From: Spirosomataceae bacterium
GTDB taxonomy: Bacteria > Bacteroidota > Bacteroidia > Cytophagales > 172606-1
Direction of reading: 5' to 3'
Assembly (NCBI GenBank): GCA_965248855.1
Contig: CBDFKQ010000004.1
Span: 243,342-307,341 of the forward strand
Length of the DNA stretch: 64,000 nt
Of the stretch, positions 1 to 8,236 are shown piece after piece. A program made the position numbers and the translations under genes. The notes beneath the pieces were generated by a model. The model did no database searches and was not told the origin of the DNA. It worked only from the letters and a program-made list of their open reading frames with translations. Position 1 is the stretch's first letter. Each line of letters begins with the position of its first letter.

Positions 1-16
1 AACCCGCCCTGTAAAT

Positions 17-508
17 ATGGAAGCACCAAACAAAACATTTTATGATTTTAGTGCCAAAGCTATTGATGGCAAACCAATTGATTTTTCGAAATATAAAGGA
101 AAAAAAGTATTGGTTGTAAATGTAGCTTCAGAATGTGGTTATACACCGCAGTATAAAGATTTGGAAGCATTAAATGAAAAACATGGCGATAAGGTTGTTA
201 TTCTTGCATTTCCATCAAACGAATTTGGCGGACAAGAGCCAGGTTCAAATGCTGAAATTGCTAAATTTTGCTCAACAAAATTTGGTGTAAAATTTCAAAT
301 GTTCGAAAAAGTGATGGTTAAAAAAGGTAAGGAACAATCTCCTTTATACCAATGGTTAACAAATAAAGCAAATAACGGTTGGAACGATCAAGACCCCACA
401 TGGAATTTTTGCAAATATTTAATAAATGAAAAAGGGGAATTGGAAAAATTCTTTCCTTCAAAAGTAAACCCAATGAGTGAAGAAATTATAAAAGCAATAG
501 GTGCTTAA
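17..508 (+). CDS. glutathione peroxidase (Cys-type)
   Basis: 163 aa with GPx/BtuE hallmarks: VNVASECGYT (active-site Cys), FPSNEFGGQEP and WNFCKYLI. A terminator follows. Confidence 0.9.
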   Translation: MEAPNKTFYDFSAKAIDGKPIDFSKYKGKKVLVVNVASECGYTPQYKDLEALNEKHGDKVVILAFPSNEFGGQEPGSNAEIAKFCSTKFGVKFQMFEKVMVKKGKEQSPLYQWLTNKANNGWNDQDPTWNFCKYLINEKGELEKFFPSKVNPMSEEIIKAIGA

Positions 509-531
509 TTTTTAATATTATTTTGTTTTAA

Positions 532-562
532 AGCCGCTTGCGTAAGTAAGCGGCTTTTTTAT
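532..562 (+). terminator. Rho-independent terminator after gpx
   Basis: Hairpin gccgctt / aagcggc followed by a T6 run. Confidence 0.7.
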
Positions 563-929
563 TTAAAAGAAGATTGTCATTTGTGTTTTAAAACAAAATA
601 TGAATTTGAAATATCTGCAAAAAAACTTGCAGTATAATCAAAAGCTATATTTTTAAAACTTTATAAAATTTTTTAAAATTATTTCCCTATTAATTTTGTA
701 GGGTATTGACTTTTAAAAAAATTGATTTTACATTTGCCGTATGCAAAGGCAGTTACTTACATATCGGCTTTCTATCTCCTCCGCAATATTTTTTCCGGGT
801 CATACCTGTTGTTGCCGTTAGGCATAACTATACGCAGTAGCGCCTGTTGTTTCAACATGCCCCAGGGGCAAAAGGTGCCTAAGTTTTTATACTTAAATTA
901 TTTATTTAATTCCGGAAATTAAATTTTAT

Positions 930-1838
930 ATGACAGTTATACGCCAACCTTTATTTACATTGGGTGATGTTCTCACACCGGAACAAAACAATTTTTTTCA
1001 AAAAAATGGTATCATTCAATTCAAGCAATTCATAGATAAAGACACTGTGTCCTTGTTCAGGTCAGAAGTTAAAAGAGTACAGGAAAGATTCATTAACGAT
1101 GATATTAAAAAAGTAAATGGTATCCCATTAAAATTTGGGAAGGATTGGAATGGTTCACCACTCATTCAAAGATTGGCTTTTACATCACATTACAGTAAAG
1201 TATTAAGCGATTTTTTAAAAGACCCACGGTTGCAGGCATTGTTAAACCTTTTGGGAATTTATGAAGCTCGCATAGGTGAAAACGAAAAAGATGGCCTGGT
1301 GGTAAACCATTATGTAAATTCACCTTTCAGTCAGTTTAAGCAATTAGGATGGCATACCGATAGCCCTCGCGATTTATTTTTAGGCTCGAAAATATTACCG
1401 ATGCTTAACGTAGGCTTGCATCTTGATGATTGCCCTTATCAAAATGGTGGTTTAAGAGTATTGGCAGGAACACATAACCAAGGGCTGTGGAAATTATTTT
1501 TTAGGAAAAAATATTTTGTTGACAATCAACCCGACGAAAGAGAAACTGGTTTTGATATTGAAGCGGGTGATCTTACTGTTCACGATGGAAATATTTGGCA
1601 TCGGGTACAACAATCACCCTTTACAGGCGAACAAAGTCGCAGAAGAGTAATGTATATACCTATCATTACAGGCGCTTATCAACCCAAACATGCTGAAAGC
1701 CCTACACCATTCTATCATACGCTGGCACAATTAAAATGGAACCCTTATGGTGGCGGTGTAAAAATTGTAAAACCTTTGCAGGTACGCTTCAAAAAATGGA
1801 TTGATAAAGGTTTAAAATTATCGTTGGTAAAAAATTAA
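930..1838 (+). CDS. phytanoyl-CoA dioxygenase (PhyH) family Fe(II)/2-oxoglutarate oxygenase
   Basis: 302 aa with an HxD facial-triad motif (WHTDSPRD) and a distal His (IWHRV). Size and layout are typical of PhyH. Confidence 0.7.
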   Translation: MTVIRQPLFTLGDVLTPEQNNFFQKNGIIQFKQFIDKDTVSLFRSEVKRVQERFINDDIKKVNGIPLKFGKDWNGSPLIQRLAFTSHYSKVLSDFLKDPRLQALLNLLGIYEARIGENEKDGLVVNHYVNSPFSQFKQLGWHTDSPRDLFLGSKILPMLNVGLHLDDCPYQNGGLRVLAGTHNQGLWKLFFRKKYFVDNQPDERETGFDIEAGDLTVHDGNIWHRVQQSPFTGEQSRRRVMYIPIITGAYQPKHAESPTPFYHTLAQLKWNPYGGGVKIVKPLQVRFKKWIDKGLKLSLVKN

Positions 1839-1842
1839 AAGG

Positions 1843-2637
1843 ATGGCAGATAATAATCAATATTCATTAATAACGGGCGCTGCCGGAGGAATAGGAAAAA
1901 GCATAGCAGGGTCTTTGGCTAAAAGGGGGTACAGCCTGCTTATTATTGATATCAACGAAAGGCAACTGCATGAGACAGTTGCCTTTTACAGACATCAATA
2001 TCCAAGCTTGATTATTGAAGGCTTATGGCTTGATATCTCAAAAGAAAATGCGGCCGGTGAAATTATTAAGTGGGCCGGCCCATATTTAAGCAATATCAAA
2101 ATAGTGGTAAACAATGCCGGATATGGCATCAACGGTCAATTTGAAACTGTTGAAATCCATTCGCACCTCAACATTATTGATACCAACCTTAAAGCGCTTG
2201 TGGCAATATCTCATGCTTTCATACCAATATTAAAAAATAACGGAAAAACCTATCTTTTGAATGTAGCCAGTACTACTGCTTATCAATCAGTTCCCTATTT
2301 AAGCATCTATGCTGCCTCAAAAGCTGCAGTACTTTCATTTACACGAAGCCTTAGATACGAATTAAGAAAATCTTCTATTTCTGTATCATGCCTGAGCCCG
2401 GGCAGTACGGATACTAATTTTGTTCACAGGGCGCTGATGGGTGAGGAAATTCAAAAGCTGGCACAAAAAGTAAATATGAAACCTGATGAAGTTGCAGAAA
2501 TTGCATTGAAAGGCTTATTTGCAGGGAGAGCTGAAATTATACCGGGTTTTGTGAATATACTAAATGCCATATTACCCAGATTTTTTTCTAAAAAACTGGT
2601 TGAAAGGGTTTCCGGAAATATTTATGAGACAATCTGA
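1843..2637 (+). CDS. SDR-family short-chain dehydrogenase/reductase
   Basis: TGAAGGIGKSIA (TGxxxGxG), NNAG and the YAASKAAV catalytic YxxxK. It starts 4 nt after the PhyH stop. Confidence 0.9.
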   Translation: MADNNQYSLITGAAGGIGKSIAGSLAKRGYSLLIIDINERQLHETVAFYRHQYPSLIIEGLWLDISKENAAGEIIKWAGPYLSNIKIVVNNAGYGINGQFETVEIHSHLNIIDTNLKALVAISHAFIPILKNNGKTYLLNVASTTAYQSVPYLSIYAASKAAVLSFTRSLRYELRKSSISVSCLSPGSTDTNFVHRALMGEEIQKLAQKVNMKPDEVAEIALKGLFAGRAEIIPGFVNILNAILPRFFSKKLVERVSGNIYETI

Positions 2638-3183
2638 TTAAGAGGCCATTTTAAAATTTTCTTTTAGATATGTTTTTATGGATTGATTTATTGGGTTCAC
2701 TTCATTCATTTGCCTCAGTTTTTCCCAAGATTCAAAATTAATATCTTTGCTTTTTGCAGTTTTATTTTCATTTAATACGGTCGAAAAATTTTGTTTTTGT
2801 ATTATAATTTTATTCAGGTCAGCTTCTAAGCTAATTAAAGCTTGTTTGGTTTGTTCCAGTTTGGATTGATTTATTATAAGTTTTGTAATATCGATTTTAT
2901 TTTTTCGCAGGTTGAGCTTAAAAAGCTTGTATTCGGCTTTAGTTTTCCAAACCGTGAGTTTATCTGCCACCTTGCCTTTTCCGGCAGCTTGAATGGCGTC
3001 ATTCAATGATATTATATTTTGTTCTTCCTCCATAATAAGCAGAGTTACTTCATTCAGTTTTACTAAGCTTTTATAAATCCTATATTCCAACATTGCAATC
3101 CGGTAAATGAATTGCTTTTGTTTCATATTTAATTTCATTAAAACAGTTTCAGCAGCAGCGAGAGATGGAAGTTGATTAAGCAT
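2638..3183 (-). CDS. hypothetical coiled-coil protein (full-length paralog of the fragment at 62606-62950)
   Basis: 181-aa ORF rich in heptad-like K/E/L/Q sequence, with no recognisable catalytic motif. Its C-terminal ~114 aa align with the ORF at 62.6 kb. Confidence 0.5.
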   Translation of the reverse strand: MLNQLPSLAAAETVLMKLNMKQKQFIYRIAMLEYRIYKSLVKLNEVTLLIMEEEQNIISLNDAIQAAGKGKVADKLTVWKTKAEYKLFKLNLRKNKIDITKLIINQSKLEQTKQALISLEADLNKIIIQKQNFSTVLNENKTAKSKDINFESWEKLRQMNEVNPINQSIKTYLKENFKMAS

Positions 3184-3247
3184 AATTTTATTGGTTTATA
3201 ATTTGTTTTGATACTTAAATTTAACCAATTTTTGATAAACGACCTAA

Positions 3248-3282
3248 ATTATCAATATTTTGATATCGGTATATTGATAATT
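3248..3282. repeat. dispersed AT-rich intergenic repeat, copy F
   Basis: attatcaatattttgatatcggtatattgataatt shares the core atatcggtatatt(c/g)ataat with copy C (reverse complement). Confidence 0.45.
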
Positions 3283-3373
3283 AATATTTGTTAAGCCGGT
3301 AAACTTTAAGATCATCATTTTCTTAAATGGAATAATTTACTTATTTTTCACAAAAGCAAAAATATTACTAATT

Positions 3374-3592
3374 ATGATAAGGACTATAATTATTCCAAGC
3401 ACTACTAATTATAAAGTTACTTTAGATTTTCCTATAGATTATATTGGAGAGGAAATAGAAATCATTGCTTTTAAAAAACAAGAAGGATTACAGGAAAAAA
3501 CAGACCTTTCAAAGAAATTTACATCTTTTGATAATATTAAGATCGATACTTCTGATTTTAATATTAATAGGGAAGAAGCAAATGAAAGATAA
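3374..3592 (+). CDS. putative type II antitoxin (orphan)
   Basis: 72-aa ORF whose stop overlaps the ATG of a 15-codon remnant with a PIN-toxin N-terminus. Size and position fit a VapB-like antitoxin. Confidence 0.45.
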   Translation: MIRTIIIPSTTNYKVTLDFPIDYIGEEIEIIAFKKQEGLQEKTDLSKKFTSFDNIKIDTSDFNINREEANER

Positions 3593-3629
3593 AGTATTTT
3601 TAGATTCTAAGCATTCTTATACCCTATAA
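3582..3629 (+). pseudogene. remnant of a PIN-domain (VapC-like) toxin gene
   Basis: The ATG overlaps the upstream stop. It encodes MKDKVFLDSKHSYTL*; VFLDS matches the first acidic PIN motif ((I/V)(F/L)LD(T/S)N), then the ORF ends. Confidence 0.4.
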
Positions 3630-3701
3630 TTAATATACATATCAATCATTAGCGGACGCTCTCTTTTTTAACTCTTTGCAGATGTGGCTTTTAAATTTAA
3701 A

Positions 3702-3746
3702 AGAAATCGCTTTCAAATTATATTCATTTGAAAGCGATTTCTTTTA
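3702..3746. terminator. bidirectional terminator hairpin
   Basis: agaaatcgctttcaaat / atttgaaagcgatttct, a 17-bp stem flanked by A and T runs. Confidence 0.6.
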
Positions 3747-3762
3747 TACTGAAATTATTACC

Positions 3763-4209
3763 TTATTTTTTCTTTGCCGGTTGCCCTTCGCCATCATTAA
3801 TTAATTTAAATAAACTTCCTTTTATATATTGATCCCAACCTTTTACACACATATCGTAGCATTCTACTTCGGGTACCAAACCGATGTGAGTAAAATTAAT
3901 TTGAGTTGAATTGTCTTTCGTTGTGAGTTCAAAACTCATTTTGGTGTTTGTCCATTCGGTTTTGTCATTAAGCCAATCAAGAAAGCAGTCGGTAACCAAC
4001 CAAACAACTTTTTTGTCGGGAATAAATTCAACTATTTTATGAGTTACAAAATTATTCCCTCCGAAATTTATTTTAAAAACATCATTTAGCTTGTGTGAAC
4101 CGCCTTCTAAATTTTCATTCCACCATTCTGTAACATTGTTAATACTTTTGAATGCTTTTTCGACATTGCCTTTTACCTCAATACTTATATTGTAATTTTG
4201 CTTTTCCAT
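3763..4209 (-). CDS. SRPBCC-superfamily protein (AHSA1/START-like fold)
   Basis: 148 aa. Composition and motifs (VTEWWNENLEG, KVVWLVTD, GWDQYIKGSL) are typical of Aha1-like SRPBCC proteins. Confidence 0.7.
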   Translation of the reverse strand: MEKQNYNISIEVKGNVEKAFKSINNVTEWWNENLEGGSHKLNDVFKINFGGNNFVTHKIVEFIPDKKVVWLVTDCFLDWLNDKTEWTNTKMSFELTTKDNSTQINFTHIGLVPEVECYDMCVKGWDQYIKGSLFKLINDGEGQPAKKK

Positions 4210-4290
4210 TTTGTTTTTTTTTAGTTATTTATAAATCTTATACAAAGAAAAGAATAGATTATATATTGATTTTGTAAAAATCGGAAGTGC

Positions 4291-5118
4291 TTATTCTTTA
4301 TAGAATAGTTTTCCAAAATCGTTTGTTGTGTTTTCAAAACCGGAATATGATTGGCCTGTAAATCTTTTAAACTCTTTTATAAAATGTGACTGGTCGTAGT
4401 AGAAATCATAAAAATCGTTTTTCATGAATGATAATACATCATTATTGGCTACGGCATTATAATATTGCTTGAAACGGATAATGGTAGATAAATTTTTTGG
4501 ACTGACTCCCAACCTTTCTTCAAATTTCATATTCAGCCATCGGCTACTGTAACCGCTTTTCTTTTCTAGTTCTTTTATAGTTATTCTTCCCTTTGATGAA
4601 ATTATTTTTGATACACAATATTCAAAAATAGAATCCTCACCATGATTCATAAGTTGTTTAAGCAAAAACTGTTGTAAATAAGCAACTTTACCTTCAATGC
4701 TTTCAACGTTTGAAATTTGCTCTTCTAATTGATTGGCAATAATTCCTAAAATATCTGTAAGTGAATAAATTTGGTTTTTTAGGCTGTTTAATGGCAAACG
4801 AAAAAAACGATAAGCTCCTTGAGGATTAAACTCTGCACAAAGTGTACCTGTAGCAACATTTTTATCAACATCTAATATAACAGGCACATCAACCAATCCT
4901 GTTAATGTAATGCCCTGTTCTTTTGATGTAAATATTTTATCACCCATTGCAGCTACAATACCATTGCGAAAGGCTACTGTCAATTTAATATTTCCATTGG
5001 GCACAACCAACTTCAAATCGTCAATAGGTATTTTTCCGCTGCTTTCAAACACCCACATTTTTTCTATGTAACTTTTAAGCAAGGGATGTGGTTCGATATT
5101 TTGAAATCGCATTTGCAT
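4291..5118 (-). CDS. AraC-family transcriptional regulator
   Basis: C-terminal double HTH (ITIKELEKKSGYSSRWLNMKFEERLGVSPKNLSTIIRFKQ). Confidence 0.8.
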   Translation of the reverse strand: MQMRFQNIEPHPLLKSYIEKMWVFESSGKIPIDDLKLVVPNGNIKLTVAFRNGIVAAMGDKIFTSKEQGITLTGLVDVPVILDVDKNVATGTLCAEFNPQGAYRFFRLPLNSLKNQIYSLTDILGIIANQLEEQISNVESIEGKVAYLQQFLLKQLMNHGEDSIFEYCVSKIISSKGRITIKELEKKSGYSSRWLNMKFEERLGVSPKNLSTIIRFKQYYNAVANNDVLSFMKNDFYDFYYDQSHFIKEFKRFTGQSYSGFENTTNDFGKLFYKE

Positions 5119-5273
5119 TGTTTTTCTTTTAGTTGAGGTTTGGTAATGCGTTTATAAAGCAATTAATATAGATTGTAAAAAAAAATATGTTTATATTTTT
5201 AATAAATTTCATATATATGGTAGACAATACCATGATTTTTAAGATTATGTTTCTGCCTTTCCTTAAATTATCA

Positions 5274-5879
5274 TTAATGATTTTCTACCATTTCTTTTAA
5301 ATTTACAAATGTTTGGTATGGACCAATCGTGGCAGTATAATTTACCAGCCACGAAGGAAGAGTACCTCCCGGATTTACGCTTAAAGTATAATCAATTTTA
5401 ATATGATTGTTCGGCAAAGAATTTAATTTATATAATCCCAATGAATATGGCACTCTAATAATGTTTTTCTTATACGGAACAAGTTTTGGGAAACTTCTAA
5501 CTGTAATAATCGCTTTTTTACTTAAAGAGTCTTTCGCTACAGCTAATTCTACTGAGGCATCTCGGTTGCTTGCCGGCCAGGGTAAGGAAATTTCCGAATA
5601 AAAATATAATGTATCGGCATTTTTTTTATTAATTAAATAAGACACAGTGGTTTTATAAACCCAGTTTTTATGATTATCAACATCTTGTAATATTTTTATC
5701 AGTTTTTCTATAGATCCATTAAATTCGCAAATAACCCTTACTTGTTTATATCTTTCGCTATTTAGCATTCTCGTATATACCGAAATACCATTCTTCTCTT
5801 TTGCTAAATTCCAATTTTCCTGAGCATATATGATAAGAGGAATAAAAAATAAAAAAAATGTTAAAAGTAATCTTGTCAT
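5274..5879 (-). CDS. secreted START/SRPBCC-like lipid-binding protein
   Basis: Signal peptide (LLLTFFLFFIPLIIYAQ). The ~180-aa mature domain resembles START (WNLAKEKNGISVY, RDASVE, LPSWLVN). Confidence 0.55.
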   Translation of the reverse strand: MTRLLLTFFLFFIPLIIYAQENWNLAKEKNGISVYTRMLNSERYKQVRVICEFNGSIEKLIKILQDVDNHKNWVYKTTVSYLINKKNADTLYFYSEISLPWPASNRDASVELAVAKDSLSKKAIITVRSFPKLVPYKKNIIRVPYSLGLYKLNSLPNNHIKIDYTLSVNPGGTLPSWLVNYTATIGPYQTFVNLKEMVENH

Positions 5880-5990
5880 AATTAAAATTAATCGGAATCG
5901 TTTGTTAATATTATTATCTGGAGATTTATTTTTGTCCGGCTTGAAATTAAATATATTTCACAATTTTATTAATCCTTTTCGGTATTAAAT

Positions 5991-7268
5991 ATGGCATCAT
6001 CCATGAATAAGTCATTAATGGCATTGAAAACATTAAAAGCTTTACACAACATAGAAACAGTTATTGAAAACATTAAAAATAAACCACAGACATTTAATAG
6101 AAATATTAGTTTACCCGGAGAATTTATTGTTACTGAAGAAGGAATTAACAAAAGGCTCAAATTTTTGTACGAAGAAACGAAGAAAGAGCTTGCCTATGTT
6201 TCGGAAAAAAATACATTTAATGATTTTAATCGATTAGAAGGGAATATTGAAAATTATATTGGGATGACAATGGTTCCAACAGGAGTTATTGGTCCACTCA
6301 GGGTAACCGGTTCTGCTGCCAATGGTGATTTTTATATTCCATTAGCTACTACAGAAGGTGCACTTGTTGCTTCATACCAAAGGGGAGCTAAAGCTTGTTA
6401 TTTAGCAGGAGGTGCAAGCTCAGTTTGTTTAATGGAGGGTGTACAACGCTCTCCGGTTTTTAAATTTATTAATTTAGGGGAGCTGGGAACATTCCTAATT
6501 TGGATTTTAGGTCAGCTGGATAATTTTAAAAATATTACCGAGCAATCAAGTAATTATGCCAAGTTAATTGAAGTAAAACCAAATATTGAAGGCAACCAAC
6601 TTATAATAACTTTTGAATACCATACAGGCGATGCTGCAGGGCAGAATATGGTTACTTTTTGCACAGATGCTATCTGTAATTTCATTATTGAACACGCTCC
6701 TATAAAACCACAATTTTGGTCAATTGAAAGCAATTATTCAGGGGATAAAAAAGCCACTGCTCTTTCTTTTAGCAGCGTTAGAGGTAAAAAAGTTACTTCA
6801 GAAATTGTTTTATCATCTCAAATAGTTAGGGATGTATTAAAAACTACACCCTATGCCATGGCCGAATATTGGAAATTATCTACAGTTGGTACTGTTCAAA
6901 GTGGAGCTATTGGAGCTCAAGGTCATTTTGCAAATGGGCTTGCAGCTTTATTTTTGGCAACCGGTCAGGATGTGGCTTGTGTAGCAGAAGCGGCTGTAGG
7001 AATTACCAGAATGGAACTTACTTCAGATGAAAATTTATATGCATGCGTTACATTGCCAAGCCTGATTGTTGGAACTGTTGGAGGTGGTACAGGGCTGCCC
7101 ACTCAAAAAGAATGCCTTGAATTAATGGATTGTTATGGTAGTGGCAAAGCAAAGAAATTTGCTGAAATATGTGGAGCTTTAGTGCTTTCCGGAGAGCTTT
7201 CAATCGCCGCTGCACTATCTAATGGGCATTTTTCAGCCGCGCATAAAAAATTTGGTAGAAAGAATTAA
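5991..7268 (+). CDS. hydroxymethylglutaryl-CoA reductase, class I catalytic domain
   Basis: ENYIGMTMVPTGV, TTEGALVAS, GDAAGQNMV, GTVGGGT and the C-terminal GELSIAAALSNGHFSAAH with the catalytic His. Confidence 0.9.
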   Translation: MASSMNKSLMALKTLKALHNIETVIENIKNKPQTFNRNISLPGEFIVTEEGINKRLKFLYEETKKELAYVSEKNTFNDFNRLEGNIENYIGMTMVPTGVIGPLRVTGSAANGDFYIPLATTEGALVASYQRGAKACYLAGGASSVCLMEGVQRSPVFKFINLGELGTFLIWILGQLDNFKNITEQSSNYAKLIEVKPNIEGNQLIITFEYHTGDAAGQNMVTFCTDAICNFIIEHAPIKPQFWSIESNYSGDKKATALSFSSVRGKKVTSEIVLSSQIVRDVLKTTPYAMAEYWKLSTVGTVQSGAIGAQGHFANGLAALFLATGQDVACVAEAAVGITRMELTSDENLYACVTLPSLIVGTVGGGTGLPTQKECLELMDCYGSGKAKKFAEICGALVLSGELSIAAALSNGHFSAAHKKFGRKN

Positions 7269-7276
7269 ACTCAAAT

Positions 7277-8236
7277 ATGCTTTCAAATCAATTTAGTAAT
7301 ATAAAAGAAAATAATTCTTCCTTTCTAAAACGGTTTTATATCTATCAAAAAGAAAGGTTTTCATTTTTAGGCCATGGATTGATTGTAACTTCATTTAGCT
7401 TTTCTGCCATTTCTTACTCCAGAATATGCAGAGGTGCTACAGGATTTATCAATACAAATATTTTTATTGCCGGTATCTTTATTACAATATCTCTTTTTTT
7501 TTTAGTTAGGATATTTGATGAATTTAAAGATGCAGATGATGATGCTAAGTTTAGAAGTGATTTACCGGTTCCCAGAGGATTAATCTCTCTATTGGAATTG
7601 GGAAGCATTGCGGTAATAATTATAATATTTCAAATTATCGTAATTCTTCTTTTTTTTTCTCAGATGATAGTTTTCTACTTAATAGTTATGTTTTATTTAC
7701 TATTGATGGGAAAAGAATTTTTTATTCCGGATTGGCTAAAAAGACACCGGTTTTGGTATGTAACTTCTCATATGTTTATTATTCCCTTAGTAGATATGTA
7801 CGCAAGCGGCCTTGACTGGAAATTGAGTAATGTTAACCCTCCAAAAGGATTAATTTTCTTCTTTGCAGTTTCTTACATGAACGGAGTAGTATTAGAAATT
7901 GGAAGGAAGATACGTATTCCTCAAAATGAATCGGAAGGAGTTTTGACATATTCTGCACTTTTAGGTGTTAATAAAGCAACCTATCTGTGGATTTTTATTT
8001 TAATAATCACATTAATTTTAAGTATTATAGCAAGTGCATTTGCCGGATATGGTCGGATCATCTTTATTATACTTACCGGTTGTTTCTTTTTGTGCTCATT
8101 CCCGGCGTTTGCTTTCTTATTTAAAAAGTCTAAAAAACTATCCAAAACTATAGAATATGCTTCTGCACTTTGGACAATAGCCATGTACTTAACTTTAGGT
8201 GGAGGACCAATAATTTCAAAATTCTTTTTTAAATGA
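7277..8236 (+). CDS. UbiA-superfamily prenyltransferase-like membrane protein
   Basis: Multi-pass hydrophobic 319-aa protein with an Asp-rich motif (FDEFKDADDD). It starts 8 nt after the HMGR stop. Confidence 0.7.
   Translation: MLSNQFSNIKENNSSFLKRFYIYQKERFSFLGHGLIVTSFSFSAISYSRICRGATGFINTNIFIAGIFITISLFFLVRIFDEFKDADDDAKFRSDLPVPRGLISLLELGSIAVIIIIFQIIVILLFFSQMIVFYLIVMFYLLLMGKEFFIPDWLKRHRFWYVTSHMFIIPLVDMYASGLDWKLSNVNPPKGLIFFFAVSYMNGVVLEIGRKIRIPQNESEGVLTYSALLGVNKATYLWIFILIITLILSIIASAFAGYGRIIFIILTGCFFLCSFPAFAFLFKKSKKLSKTIEYASALWTIAMYLTLGGGPIISKFFFK

Noticed and set aside
17-508. The possibility of a selenocysteine-type glutathione peroxidase.
   Set aside because: The active-site codon is a normal Cys (VASECGYT), with no in-frame TGA and no SECIS-like need.
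722-922. A 66-aa ORF in the gpx-PhyH intergenic region.
   Set aside because: It has a non-ATG start and an implausible composition (Cys/Leu/Ser/Phe-rich with no motif). It lies in a region better explained as non-coding leader DNA, so I did not call it as a CDS.
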